This document shows, in pieces, positions 37,801 to 49,870 of a stretch of DNA of 64,000 nucleotides. Both the position numbers and the translations under genes were made by a program. The notes under the pieces are model-generated. The model was given only the letters and a program-made list of their open reading frames with translations, had not been told where the DNA came from and searched no databases. Source of the stretch: Hypanus sabinus (lineage: Eukaryota); assembly GCF_030144855.1 (NCBI RefSeq), contig NC_082725.1:34534001-34598000 (forward strand), given 5' to 3'. The number at the start of each line of letters is the position of its first letter. Within the stretch, counting starts at the first letter, position 1.

Positions 37801-39304
37801 TAAACCCTCAATCAGGGTCTCAACTCAAAACACCACTATCCATTTGCACTCTTGGGTGATGCTGAGTCCTTCCAACAGTTTGTTTTCATGTTCTTCGAAT
37901 ACATCAACTGTTAGTCCTAATATTTTCTCCATAGTTTTTAATTTCCTTCAGCTCTCTTCCCGATTTGCTGCTCTTCACTATTTCTAGGAATTATGTTGTT
38001 TCTTCCTCTGCGGAAAGAGGCAGCAGAAATTGCACTCAGTGAGGTATGAGGAAATTGATGAAAATTTAAACAGAGACTTTGGATTTGTTTGCAAAGGAAT
38101 GGCCTGAATGTTTGCCTATCCTTTTATTTTTACCTGTCCACAGAAAATACAGCATATTTTTTAAAATATCTCTGTGTACATTGCTGTCCTTAATATCTTA
38201 ACCAACTTCCATGAATTATGGCATTTTGCCAATCCTAGAAATTCAACTTTATTTTCCATTCTAGTCACATTTTAAATGTGCTATTACTTTGAATATCACA
38301 TTTTCGAATGGCCAGCTGTTACCCATTTGTTGTGAAATGTGTTAATTATTTAAATGTAACCTCTTACTTACTTACTTACTGCTCTTTCTTCTTAATGTAG
38401 TTTCCCAAAACTGTCATGGGCATCTAGCACCTCATATTCTGTCTAAATTTAAGCCACTGGTTTTGGATTGTAATCAAATCAGATTCAATTGTAACTTAAA
38501 GTACTGTATGATCACTTATCCTTAAAATTTCACTAATCTCCATGGGTATTAATTAACCTTTCAGTTCTTGTTTGGTTTGTAACCAAAATGTTCAAGAAAT
38601 GGTTCACAGGAGAAACTAGACAAAGTTATGCTACCTCCATCACCTTCAATTGCAGAGCACTAACTCTTCCTTTAACTTTATGCCCAAAGCACCCCTAAAT
38701 CACCTGATTAACCAATGTGACCATCAGGCACAGGGTCTGGCAAATTTGATGTGGTGTTGATAATGCTTGGTGATTACATACTCATCTCTGCGAACACCGG
38801 CATGCTTCAAAGAAAATGGGTGAAAAAAACCCAGCAACATAACATGTTTACCAAAAACTGCCTTAAGTGCTCAGCTAACACTGACACACAGTAACAATAG
38901 TCTGCCTTGTCTTTTCATTCAGCACTAAATATTCCCACACCTGACTGTGTGCCAGAGAGAAACAAACATAATGCTTATAGGTTAAACAATGAACAATTTT
39001 TCCTTGGCATTTCATCCAACTAGGCATAGATTAAAACTCGGCCCAGTAAAGTCATATTTCAAACCAATAATTTAAACTGACATATCAAAAGGTTAGCATG
39101 ACAGTATGATTTATGGAGATGAAAGACTGAACAACTTCTGGAATAGATTATCACTTCATCAGTTCAGCAATAATAAACGAAGAATTTACCCCACACATTT
39201 ATTTGCAGTTTATGTTATCATGACATCCAGCAGGAAATAACCAAGGAAATAATGTTGATCATTCATGTAAGGAGCTAACAGATTTAGATAATCAGTGCAT
39301 TACA

Positions 39305-39615
39305 GAATTCATACAGTACACAGTCCTAAAGCATGGGAACAGGCTCCACCATCCACAACGTCCAATCAAGAAACCACTTACCCTATCAATCTCATTTTAT
39401 ACTTCCTACACTCTCAGCAAGTAGATACAAATTCTGCCACTAGCCTAATCAGTATGGGCAAATTTTAATGACTGATTAACCTACCTATCCACATCTTTGA
39501 GATGTGAGAGGAAACCAGATGACTGGACAAAACATATTTCCTATACTGCCTTGGACATCAAGATTGAATGCAGGTTGTTGGAGTTTCCAGGCAGTAAAAC
39601 TTACTGTATTGCCTG
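39305..39615 (-). mobile_element. V-SINE/HE1-like SINE (degenerate)
   Basis: 'attaacctacc..cacatctttgagatgtgagaggaaaccaga' V-domain-like core. Confidence 0.65.
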
Positions 39616-40245
39616 AATGCATTATTTCATTATTTCTATCTGGTACGGTCAGATGATTTGTTTAAAGGATGGCACCCCAAAATTTGTGTATAGTGCTAAG
39701 TGTTAAACTATTTTCTAACAAAGAAACAAGAGCATTGGTGATAGGACAGACTGAGGTGCTACCATATTGAACAAACACTCAAGAAAAATGCTCAGGATGT
39801 AACCAGTCATAATACCAGAGTAGTACCAGCCTTTCAAAACTGGTGGTTCAGTGCTATAACAAGTGGCCAGTGCAAGGGAATTCAGTAGAATTCTGTTAAT
39901 TTGGATACATCAAGGCCAGATATTTTGACCCAGTTAAACAGCTGTCCCAAATAGTCAAAGTTACATGAAAATAGTTAAAAAAAGACAAAGTACATTTTAC
40001 GGAGTAACAAACTATGAATGTAAATGATATACAGAATTTTAATACTAGTGTCAAAAAAAAATCACTGCTTTTTAATTTGCCATCAGTCTGCCCAAATGAA
40101 TAAATAACACAAATATATGCAACTGACGCTATTTAAAAATTGTTCATTCCAAGCATGGCATAGTGTCTAACAGTCATACAAGTACACATGACTAATGCTC
40201 GTTAGAACCTGTTCAGCAACAGTCTCCTGTTCCAATTAAATGACA

Positions 40246-41398
40246 CTAGACAACGGGGTGACCTGTTGGGGCACACTTTGAGAGAAGGGTAGTGCAGTCT
40301 GATGTGACCAGATGTGAACATTAAATTTTCCTGAATGCTATTGGTAATCACTGTGCTTTGGAAATTGAAGAAGAAAACCTCAGTTTATTAAAGAAGAACG
40401 ATGCGTAGCAAGGCAAATATAGCTCCTCCTCATTTAACGAAGGACATTTTTGATGGCAACATTTCTAGTTGATCTGCCACCCTTGTGTCTCTCGTTGTCA
40501 TTCTGGAGACGTGCAGCCTTTTCATCCACCGTCTGTTCATCTCTTCTGCTGTTTATTCTTTGTCACTGATCTTGGAGACGTGCATTTGTCAACTCCTTTG
40601 TCTCTTCCTCTCTCCTCCTCCTGTAACTGTTTTTGTAATTCTGGAGACGTGCAGCCCTTTCATCCCCCGTCTCTTCTTCTCTCATCTTCTTTTGTCATGA
40701 CTCTTTGAATCTGGAGTCGTGCTGACCTGGCCTCATCCAATTTTTGTACTCTCCCTCTCCTTGCCGCTTCCCGATGACGTTTGGCATCATCTCTTGACCA
40801 TAATGTCCCCCTTCTCTTTCCCCACAGCATAACTAAGCTGACCTTTTTTTTAACCCTAATGCTGGATAGAATATACGAAGCAGTAACACCAAGGCCTCCA
40901 GGATGCTAATTTTTCTTGATGATGTGGTTGCCGCTCTCCTAAATGGACGTGATATAGTGACTGCAGCAAAGGGTTTGATGGGTGTTTCGAAGTACGTCAT
41001 TACAATAAGTTTTAATTATCTCTTATTGATGGGTGGCAGTTAGATCTGTCCCAATCCTGCACGTGCTGACGGTGATTAGCAGAATGTGACTGCTCAAAAC
41101 AGAGCTGCCTTGCCCTTTTTCCCCGGTTGGTGTCACTCCTGAGGCTGGCTGTGGTCATGTGTTGTGGTGACACATCGCGGCTTCCATCAAGGCTGACATC
41201 AGCTCTCAGGTGAAAGCAGGGCTGTTGATTTTGGTGAGTGAGCAATTTTATACGAATATATAACCCTGAACTTTGCCTGCATTAAGTTAGCGCATTTTAA
41301 GTCTATTTAGCCAAAAATAGTGCCACTGTCATGCACCGCTTGCGCTAACTGGAGGTCACAAACAGACAAACAGAGCATGAGAGTTTTAGTAGTATATA
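40246..41398 (-). mobile_element. Non-autonomous Helitron (1153 bp)
   Basis: On the minus strand the 5' end is TaTATACTACTAAAACTC (TC-type start with one change), followed by (TGTTTGTC)-like repeats. The 3' end is a hairpin CAACAGG-TCAC-CCCGTTG, then T-CTAG. It sits between A and T of the host MITE (cactA|Tgtc) with no TSD. Confidence 0.85.
40434..40830 (-). pseudogene. Decayed ~131-aa ORF encoding four 23-aa STPR-like repeats inside the Helitron
   Basis: Manual translation: MLWGKRRGTLWSRDDAKRHREAARRGRVQ KLDEARSARLQIQRVMT/KKMREE ETGDERAARLQNYKNSYRRRREE ETKELTNARLQDQ*QRINSRRDE QTVDEKAARLQNDNERHKGGRST RNVAIKNVLR*. One +1 frameshift (~40690) and one TGA (~40563). GGAG(A/T)CGTGC recurs at 40505, 40574, 40643 and 40713. 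Confidence 0.8.
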
Positions 41399-41765
41399 TA
41401 GTGTCCCAAATAAATGAAAGAAATCTTGGCTACTTCCTCAATTAGTTTCTGTTCTTTAAGAAGTGACCCAAATGTATGTCTAGAGCAATCAACCAGAATC
41501 TATCGTACTAACAAAGTCTAGATGGGCAAGTCAGTGAACACATTGCAGACACACCAGCTCTTTGTACACAATTACTTGAACTAAAAAAAATTGTGATATG
41601 ACACCGAGTGAAAAGTAATCAGATCAAGACAAACCAAAGAATGTGCTTAAGGCCACAGATCCAAGTTGCCAGAGAGTCTGACAACAACTTTTCAGATTGA
41701 ATGAGAGTAGTGATAAAACTCTCAGTTTGTATAAGGAACATGGATGGTCACATTTGTAGGTACAT

Positions 41766-42205
41766 CAAAGTCAAACTAAATTTATTGTCAAAGTATGTAC
41801 GTGTGTTTACTGTCTTCAGATTCCTTTTCTTGCTGACAATTACAGGAAAATAAAATGAAAACTATACATCAACAAAGACTGACAAACAACCAATGTGCAA
41901 AAGATGACAAACTGTGCAAAAAAAAAAGCAATACTAAGAACATGAGGTGTGGAGACCATGAAAGTGAGTCTGTAGCTAGTGGAATTAGTTTAGAGTTGAG
42001 GTGAGAGAAGTTATCCATGCTGGTTACGAAGCCTGATAGTTGTAGGGTAATAACTGTTCTTGAACTTGATGATATGGGACCCATGTCTCTTGTATTATTT
42101 GCCTGATGGTAGACGTGAGAAGAGAGCATGGTCTGGATGGTGGGGGTCCTTGCTGATGGATGCTGCTTTTTCACAGCAGTGCTCCTTGCAAATATGCTCA
42201 CTGGG
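41766..42205 (-). mobile_element. Rex1/Babar-clade LINE 3' end
   Basis: EHICKEHCCEKAASISKDPHHPDHALFSRLPSG. Tail rc 'gacaataaatttagtttgactttg'. Confidence 0.85.
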
Positions 42206-42735
42206 GCAATTTAGTCCTCCATAAAGCTGATCCATATTGTTGATGGCAGCTATGAGGAAATCCTTGGAGAGCACTGAATCTACCCAGTGCTCAGGTCCAG
42301 CATGGCCAGATGTCTGCTTTGTTCTGGTGAAAACTTCCAAATATAAAGCTACACAGGGAAACACTTATCAATTGCAGCATCACCAAACTGACCGATTTAT
42401 ATTCACAGCATATGCAACAGTGACGAGGCATTCCAACACTAATACGCACTCTTGGGTGCTTCCAAACAAGATTAAATTCCTATACAAAGTTATAAACTGC
42501 TTCTAGCAGATCAGTGTATGAAAGATAGAAATCATATGTAATTCACTAATCTTTATGGCATCCATATTTCAGCTATTGACTTTGCTGCATATATGTACTT
42601 AATACCAAAATTTACCATAACTTTGACATATCCATTATGCACTTAAGACTATTACCACTTGATTATTGGTACACTTAGGAACAGGCATTGATTCTTTTAC
42701 TAAGTGAAGACCTCACACAAATTAATACTTAAATA

Positions 42736-43485
42736 CAGTGGACTCTGGTTAATTGGGGCAGTCACTTATTTGGGACAATGCTTAAAGAACAAAAACTAAT
42801 CCAGAAAATTCCAGGATTCCCTTTGTTTACTTGGGACATTATGCCGCTTAATTGGAACAGGTGACTGTTGCTGTTAGTTGCTCACACTTGTGTGGCTGTT
42901 AGATGCTACACCATGCTTAGAGCGAACAGCTTTTAAAAAGCATCAGTTATGTGAATTTGTATTCAAAAACCAGTGACCTTAGTCACTGATTATTGGCAAG
43001 AAATAAGCAGCGAGACAATTCCAATCTGTTTTGTTCACTGCTGTTTCAAGCAATTAGCTGAGTGATGCCAGAAAAAGATGGGGGTGAAAACTAAATGATT
43101 TCACTACTTCAAGTTAGGAACTATGAGGTATTTCAAGGTATCAGCAATAATCTTCAATGTTACAATAAAAATACAGATTTGGACAATAACATTATGTGAA
43201 TGCAGTCCATTATCTCCACTGAGTGTCTGTGCTGAATTTGTTCATTACACATACTGGATAAATTCCTCTGTCGATAACTCTTAGGAGCTATACAGTTTTA
43301 TAGTAATGTAGTACTATTGGTGGTGTTTGAATTTGTTCTGTATTTCATTTAAATACATAGCTTGTTTATCCTTCAATACATTTTTTAAAAAACTATTTCC
43401 ATGAAACCTTGCCTAATTTTAGCATCCGCTTAACTGGGCCAAAATGAACTGGTCCCAAAGTGCCCTGATTAACTGGAGTCCCCTG
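42736..43485 (+). mobile_element. Tigger/pogo-like MITE, 750 bp, 25-bp TIRs, TA TSD
   Basis: TA|CAGTGGACTCTGGTTAATTGGGGCA ... TGCCCTGATTAACTGGAGTCCCCTG|TA (20/25 match; four of the five mismatches are consistent with CpG decay). Confidence 0.9.
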
Positions 43486-45264
43486 TACTTTAAAAAAGCT
43501 GAAGCCAAGTCAACATCTGCACCAAGAGCTATGTGCCTGGTGGGTGGTGCATTAACAGTACATAGCCTCATTATCTTGTTCAGTTGGATCATACTCAGTT
43601 TGCTAAACTGCATTAAGATACTGTTTAAGAGGTTTTTGCATACTTTAAAGTGGTTCAAAATGCATTTCTTTGTGACAAAGTAAATCCTAAAGGCAATTAG
43701 GAACTGATTTCTAAATTGTATTTGCAAATTCCATAATCATCTCTAATAAATCAGAATTAACTTTGTTATTGGATAAGTCATGACAAGTGTAACTAAGCAA
43801 CCAACCCACAAGATGATATCCTATTCCCTGGCTGAATGGGTTTTGTAAATGCCAAATCACTGCAGAGTTTAAGTGATGCATAATCTAGGAAATAATTAAC
43901 TGCACTATAACATGCAGCAGTCCCAGGCCATGGAACACCTTTGACCGATAATGAATTCTCACAAATTACTAATGGATCTCCAGGGATGTGCTCAGGTTCC
44001 ATTGAAATATTTGTTGTTTTGTAACAACCAATGTGCTATCAATGATTTGTTTCAGAAACAAACACTCACAAGAAGACTTCATGTTTGAGACTGACCACTC
44101 AAACTCTTGTCAGAAGACCCGGCCTGGCACTGTTCATAGAGATTAGGAGATCAAGAGAAATGTGTTCATGCATTACATGGACTGACGATTCCTAAATTTT
44201 TACTGCTTGAGCTACAGATTACAGTTATGATGTGACCAGAATGAATCACGCAAGCAAGTATGTATGTCATTGCCTCGAGTTCACGTTCTACAGATGGACC
44301 AAACCTTCAGCCATCCACTCCATAACTGCAAAGCTTACAGCTCCCACTGTTCACCTTTGCATTATATTCAAAAGTTAATTAAAGGAGTATCAAATAGTTA
44401 AAATGCTTCCCAATACAAACATACACATTTTTTTCATGCATTTTGCAATCTTACTTATTCCACCCATCACCTTTCAACAATATATTTAACCTGGGTGTTA
44501 GCAGAAAGCAAAATTAAAACCATGGTGCTGAAAAAAAATAATATGATGGAAAACATAAAGCCATCTTGTATCCTTCCAAAAGCAAATACTGTGATTCTTC
44601 TTTAATCCAACTGCACTTGGACAAATTTAAGATGTGAGAACATTTTGTGGCTGAATTAGTAAATCACTGGAGCATTACACACCTAAATTATCCCTTGCTT
44701 CTGACAAGACAGATGACTTCAAAGTTTGATTAAATTGCATGATTAAACTCATGCCTGAGAAATGATTCAACACCTGAAGAATGTAGTAGGACGCTGCAAG
44801 ATTAATGAAATCATCGAGGCTATTTTCTGCAAGATTCTCAAAAGGCAGCAGTGTCCACTATTTGTTGAGGGACACCAAAAGACTCCAGAGGCAACATTCC
44901 ATGCCTGAGATGAGACTTGACTTCTCATCCTCACAGCCAATAGACTTCAGTAACTAACTTCCTGCTTGTGCAATGATTTTCTTATGCACCAACATAATCT
45001 TTAGAACTACACTGTCTTTTTAAAATAAAAATCTTAATCTTGTAATGGCCATCTTCCTCACAAATGTTCCCAGCCAAGTGCTACGCAAATTCTACCCAGC
45101 CTTCCGATAGGGAACAAGGGGCTTAAGACCAACAGAGAAAGGTGAAATAAAACATTTGGGTAATAATTAAGCAGCTCAAACATCCACCAGTCTCAAATCA
45201 ATATTTTGGCTGAACATGATTATCCAAGTTAAATGGAAGGCTCAAATTAAATCTCACTATCAAT

Positions 45265-47089
45265 ACTGAGAGCACATCTACAAGGAGTGCTCTGCAGGAA
45301 AGCAGCATTCATCAAGGACATCTAGGTCATGCTCTCTTCTCACTGCTGCCATCAAGGAGGAGATGCAGGAGTTTCAGGACCCACACCATCAGATTCAGTA
45401 ACAGGCAATACCCCTCAACCGTCAGGCTCTTGAACCAGACATGCTAACTTCACTCACCCCAATACTGAACTGTGCCCTTAACATCTGGACTCACTTTCAC
45501 GGACACTTCAACTCATGTTCTCAATACTTATTGCTTATTTATTGTTATTATTTTGTTTTTATTTTCTTTTTGCTTTTGTTGTCTTTGCACAATTGAATAA
45601 TGCGGGCTGCATTAATGACTATCGTCCGGTAGCACTCACATCAACATGAAATGCTTTGAGAGGTTGGTCATGACTAGACTGAACTCCTGCCTCAGCAAGG
45701 ACCTGGACCAATAGCAATTTGTCTATCACCACAATAGGTCAATGGCAGACAGTCTCAATGGCTCTTCACACGGTTTTAGACCACCTGGACAACACAAACA
45801 CCTACATCAGGATGCTGTTCATCGACTATAGCTCAGCATTTAATATCATTCCCACAATCCTGACTGAGAAGTTGCAGAACCTCAGCTCTGTACCTCTCTC
45901 TGCAATTGGATCCTCGACTTCCTAACTGGAAGGCCACAAACTGCGGATTGGTGATAACATATCCTCCTCACTGATGATCAACACTGGCTCACTTCAGAAG
46001 TGTGTGCTTAGACCTCTGCTCTCTATATACACATGAATGTGTGGCTAGGCATAGATCAAATACCATCTACAAATTTGCTAATGATATACCCATTGTTGGT
46101 AGAATTGCAGGTGGTGGCAAGAGGGCATACAGGAGTGAGATATGCCAACTAGTGGAGTGGTGTCGCAGCAACAACCTGGCACTCAACGTCAGTAAGACAA
46201 AAGAGCTGCTAGTGGACTTCAGGAAGGGTAAGACGAAGGAACACCTACCAATCCTCAGAGGGATCAGAAGTGGAGAGAGTGAGCAGCAGTTCCTGGGTGC
46301 CAAGATCTCTGAGGATCTAACCTGGTCCCAACATATCGGTGTAGTTATAAAAGAGGCAAGGCAGCAGCTGTACTTTATTAGGAGTTTGAAGAGATTTGGC
46401 ATGTCAACAAATACACTCAAAAACTTCTATAGCTGTACCATGAAGAGCATTCTGACAGCTGCGTCACTGCCTGGTATGGAGGGGCTACTGTACAGGACTG
46501 AAAGAAGCTGCAGAAGGTTGTAAATCTAGTCAGCTCCATTTTGGGCACTAGCCTACAAAGTACCCAGGACATCTTCATGGAACAGTGTCTCAGAAAGGCA
46601 GTGTCCATTATTAATGACCTCCAGCACCCAGGGTGTGCCCTTTTCTCACTGTTACCATCAGGTAGGAGGCACACACTCAGTGATTCAGGAACAGCATCTT
46701 CCTCTCTGCCATCCGATTCCTAAATGGACATTGAACCCTTGGACACTACTTCACATCTTTTTAAAAAGTAGTGTTATTGTTTTTTTAAAAAATATATGTA
46801 ATTGATTTACTTGTTTATTTTTATTGTTTATTATTATATTTATTATTTTCTACACTAGATTATATATTGCATTGAACCACTGCTGCTAAGTTAACAAATT
46901 TCACATCACATGGCAGTGATAATAAAATTGATTCTGACTCTGACAATTGATTGTCCATTTCTTGTGCAATTTTTCACTGATTCTATTGAGTTTCTTTGTA
47001 TTTACTATGAATGCCTGCAAGAAAATCAATTTCAGCATAGTATATCATGACATATATGTAAATTGCTAATGTTTACTTCGAACTTTGAA
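45265..47089 (+). mobile_element. Rex1/Babar LINE 3' end (outer element; 45265-45596 and 46951-47089)
   Basis: HALFSLLPSRRRCRSFRTHTIRF, then 3' UTR. The UTR resumes after 46950 and ends 'ttcgaactttgaa'. Confidence 0.8.
45597..46942 (+). mobile_element. Rex1/Babar LINE, 5'-truncated, nested in the outer element with 8-bp TSD ACAATTGA
   Basis: [73 protein letters not shown]. Tail 'aataaaattgattctgactctg'. ACAATTGA at 45589-45596 and 46943-46950. Confidence 0.92.
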
Positions 47090-47189
47090 TGTTTATTCAT
47101 TTTTTGTAATTGAGGCAAGTACAATTATAACAATTAAGAGACAAATCCAAGGTTAGGAAAGATTCAGAAAAATATGGATCAGAGGCAAA

Positions 47190-47926
47190 TTGCAGTCAGG
47201 TATGGATTGGAAATAACATCTCTTCACTGACAAGCAACCTCAAGATTGCGTGCTTAGCCCACCGCTCCACTCTCTCTACACCCACAGCTGTGTAGCTAAG
47301 CAGAGCTGAAATTCCATCCATAAAATTGCCAATGACACGTCTATTGTTGGCAGAATTTCAGATGGTGACAAGGAGGCATGCAGGAGTGAGACAAATCAGC
47401 TGGTTGAGTTGTGTTGCAGCAACAGCCTTGCAATCAATGTCAGTAAGACCAAGGAATTGATTGTGGACTTCAGAACGGGGAAGTCAAGAGAATACACAAG
47501 TCTTCATAGAGGGATCAGCAGTGGAAAGGGTGAGCAGTTTCAAGTTCCTGGGTGTCAACAGCTCTGAAGATCTATCCTGGCTCCAATATATTGATAGAAT
47601 TACAAAGACAGCACACTGGAGCTACATTTCATTCAGAGTTTGAGGCAATTTGGTATGCCACTAAAGACTTTAGCAAACTTCTATAGATATATAGATATAC
47701 TAGGGAGAGCATTTTCACTGGTTGCATCACTGTCCTGTATGGAGCTGCCACTGCACAGGATGGGAAAAAGCTGCAGAACTCAGCCAGGTCCATCATGGGC
47801 ACAACAGACAGAGCAACACAGAGACAATAGTAGTTCAGTGATTTTAAAATGAATTGCACCGCATTGCTCCACCAAACAAAGTTCATGACATTTGCCAGTG
47901 ATAGTAAACCTGATTTTGATTCTGAC
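47190..47926 (+). mobile_element. Rex1/Babar LINE fragment
   Basis: KIANDTSIVG, NVSKTKEL, AVERVSSFKFLGVNSSEDLSW. Tail 'aaacctgattttgattctga'. Confidence 0.88.
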
Positions 47927-49083
47927 TAGCTCAATTAAACAACTTTGTTCGAAAGGATGAGTTGGGCTGAGCGGACTGTTTCTGAGCTCTAAGCTGTTAT
48001 GCCTATTCAAATCCTCATTCTCCCTCACATAATCCCAAGTCTGCCTACTTGCAATGAACTGCAATGCTTCCTGTCTTTAACATAGTGAACAACATCAGAA
48101 AGTACAATTTGAGTAGTGTTGTACTGGATTGCTTTAAAGTAGTATCTCCTTAGAATCTTTAGCTGATATTTAATTCTACTGAAAGCAGAGAAATTCAATG
48201 TCAGGTAGGGTATAGTAGCAGCAGATTCTCGCTGGACAACTTCTACTCCATTAGCATTCCAATTTTAGAAACGACTGCAGCTTGCCATGGCAATTTTATT
48301 AAGAGACAAATTATTAATGACATTGAACACCAGTTTAACACTCAAAGCGTTTGATGGTTTTCATGATTTCTTATCAATACAGTGTACGGCCAGCAATCAA
48401 CACTTCCAAAATTACTTTGACATGTTAATAGCAAGTATATTCTATTAGATGTCCTCAAGCAAATTTAGGTATTATAAAAACAGAGAGGTTTTAAGACTAC
48501 ATCCTGAAAGAAAAACATATGTGATACAAAATATGTTAAAAAAAATAACAACTTAAGTAGATATTTGGATTTCTAGTGGCAGCAACAGTAATCACAAATA
48601 AAGGGAAAAAAATCCAACTAATTACAATTTAATAAATTCCAGATGTACCAAATATCCTTCCCTTCAAAACAAAACTTTAACCATTCCTGATCTTTGTGGG
48701 AGATTCAGGACTAAGGCATTCATATGTAGAGGGGCAATGTTGTGAAGCCATGAAGGGTAGCCAGTTTAGAACAAGGAAACCTTTGTAAATCAGATGCAAT
48801 TTAAAATATCAGAAGAGCTGTGGCAAACATGGTCCAATAAGCCACAAGATGAGATTTATCGAAGCTGGCCAGATAGAAGTTCCCAAAGTTCACTTTCCTG
48901 CTCAACATTAGAGAATTGGAACCAATTCAGTCATAAAACCAACTAATCTCTCCCAGCTAACAGAGTTATGAAAGTAAATATAACACTAGACAACTTAGAT
49001 CTGATGGCAATTTTGCCAACTTCCTGCGTGCTCACCACATTCACATATTTGAAAAGTGTTGATACAACTGGTAATTCATTCAT

Positions 49084-49147
49084 AATTGACATTTTGATAA
49101 TTGCACAGCACAATAAATTGGCATTTTGATAATTGTACAGCACAATA
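49084..49147 (+). repeat. 32-bp tandem duplication (2 copies, 2 mismatches)
   Basis: aattgacattttgataattgcacagcacaata / aattggcattttgataattgtacagcacaata. Confidence 0.9.
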
Positions 49148-49404
49148 AAATTCTAGCTTAATTACAGTTGGAGCCAGTGGAAATGTATGTCACAATTGGC
49201 TCAAAAGACAAGGAGACAAAGTACTACAGAACAAATACTGATTTGCTTCCTCCAAAGGAACCCATGCTGAACTTTGCCCTAGTACTCTCAGTTTTATGGA
49301 AAAAGATTTGTATTTATTCAGTTGATTTGGTGGTTATGATCAGTCATGGTACATATCAGATTTGGCATCCTCAATTGCCTCTCAACTTCCTAGCCTCAAA
49401 GCAA

Positions 49405-49600
49405 CCAAAGCCACATTGTTGTAGGCCCAAATTTCCTTCCCTGAAGGACACTCGTGAGCAGTATGGGTTCACAATTTAAAGTCTCCATTAATGACAGCAG
49501 CTTTTCATTGCAGATTTTGTTAATATTACCTCCACCTTTGGGTGGTCTGCAAATCATTAGTCCAAGCCTATGATTTTGACCTTAGCAATATAATCATTTT
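49405..49600 (-). mobile_element. Chondrichthyan SINE remnant (same family as ~59640-59900)
   Basis: 'cacattg..aatttccttccctgaaggacact..cagcttttcattgcagatttt' is the approximate reverse complement of 'aaatctggaattaaag..gaagaaaatttgctg'. Confidence 0.5.
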
Positions 49601-49850
49601 GTACACAAAGCCCAATAATTAGGCATTTTTCACACCTGCACTACCATTAAACCACAGTGTTGACTTTTAGAATCTACTGTTTTTTGTAATCATTGCATGT
49701 GTCCAAGGATAACTTTTTTTTAAATATGTGTAGTTGCTGCAAGCTATTATTTAGCCATCCACCCAGGTGGTCCCCTTAACGACATACCTTTTCCAGTTGC
49801 TTCTAACAGCTATAGTGCTAAACTGGTAAGTTAAGAGTTCACACTAGTAC

Positions 49851-49870
49851 GGGGGGGGGGGGGGGGGGGG
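49851..49870 (+). repeat. Poly-G homopolymer (G20)
   Basis: 20 consecutive G. Confidence 0.95.

Larger units (their letters stand above)
39883..41505 (-). mobile_element. Tigger/pogo-like MITE (same family as 42736-43485, opposite orientation), split by a Helitron insertion
   Basis: 39883-40245 and 41399-41505 are reverse complements of contiguous parts of the 42736-43485 element (e.g. 'tttgacccagttaa', 'cctgttccaattaa', 'gtcccaaataaa..ttctttaag'). Confidence 0.85.

Noticed and set aside
38362-38382. (CTTA)4 microsatellite resembling an RTE tail or telomere-like repeat
   Set aside because: Too short; adjacent sequence not confidently assignable.
40469-40708. Plus-strand ORFs with repeated SGDVQPFHPPS / ILETC motifs
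   Set aside because: Antisense shadows of the minus-strand STPR-like repeat ORF; they are not independent genes.
40505-40722. Regularly spaced short direct repeats resembling a CRISPR array
   Set aside because: The 69-nt period equals 23 codons, the 'spacers' are homologous at protein level, the context is eukaryotic and there are no cas genes.
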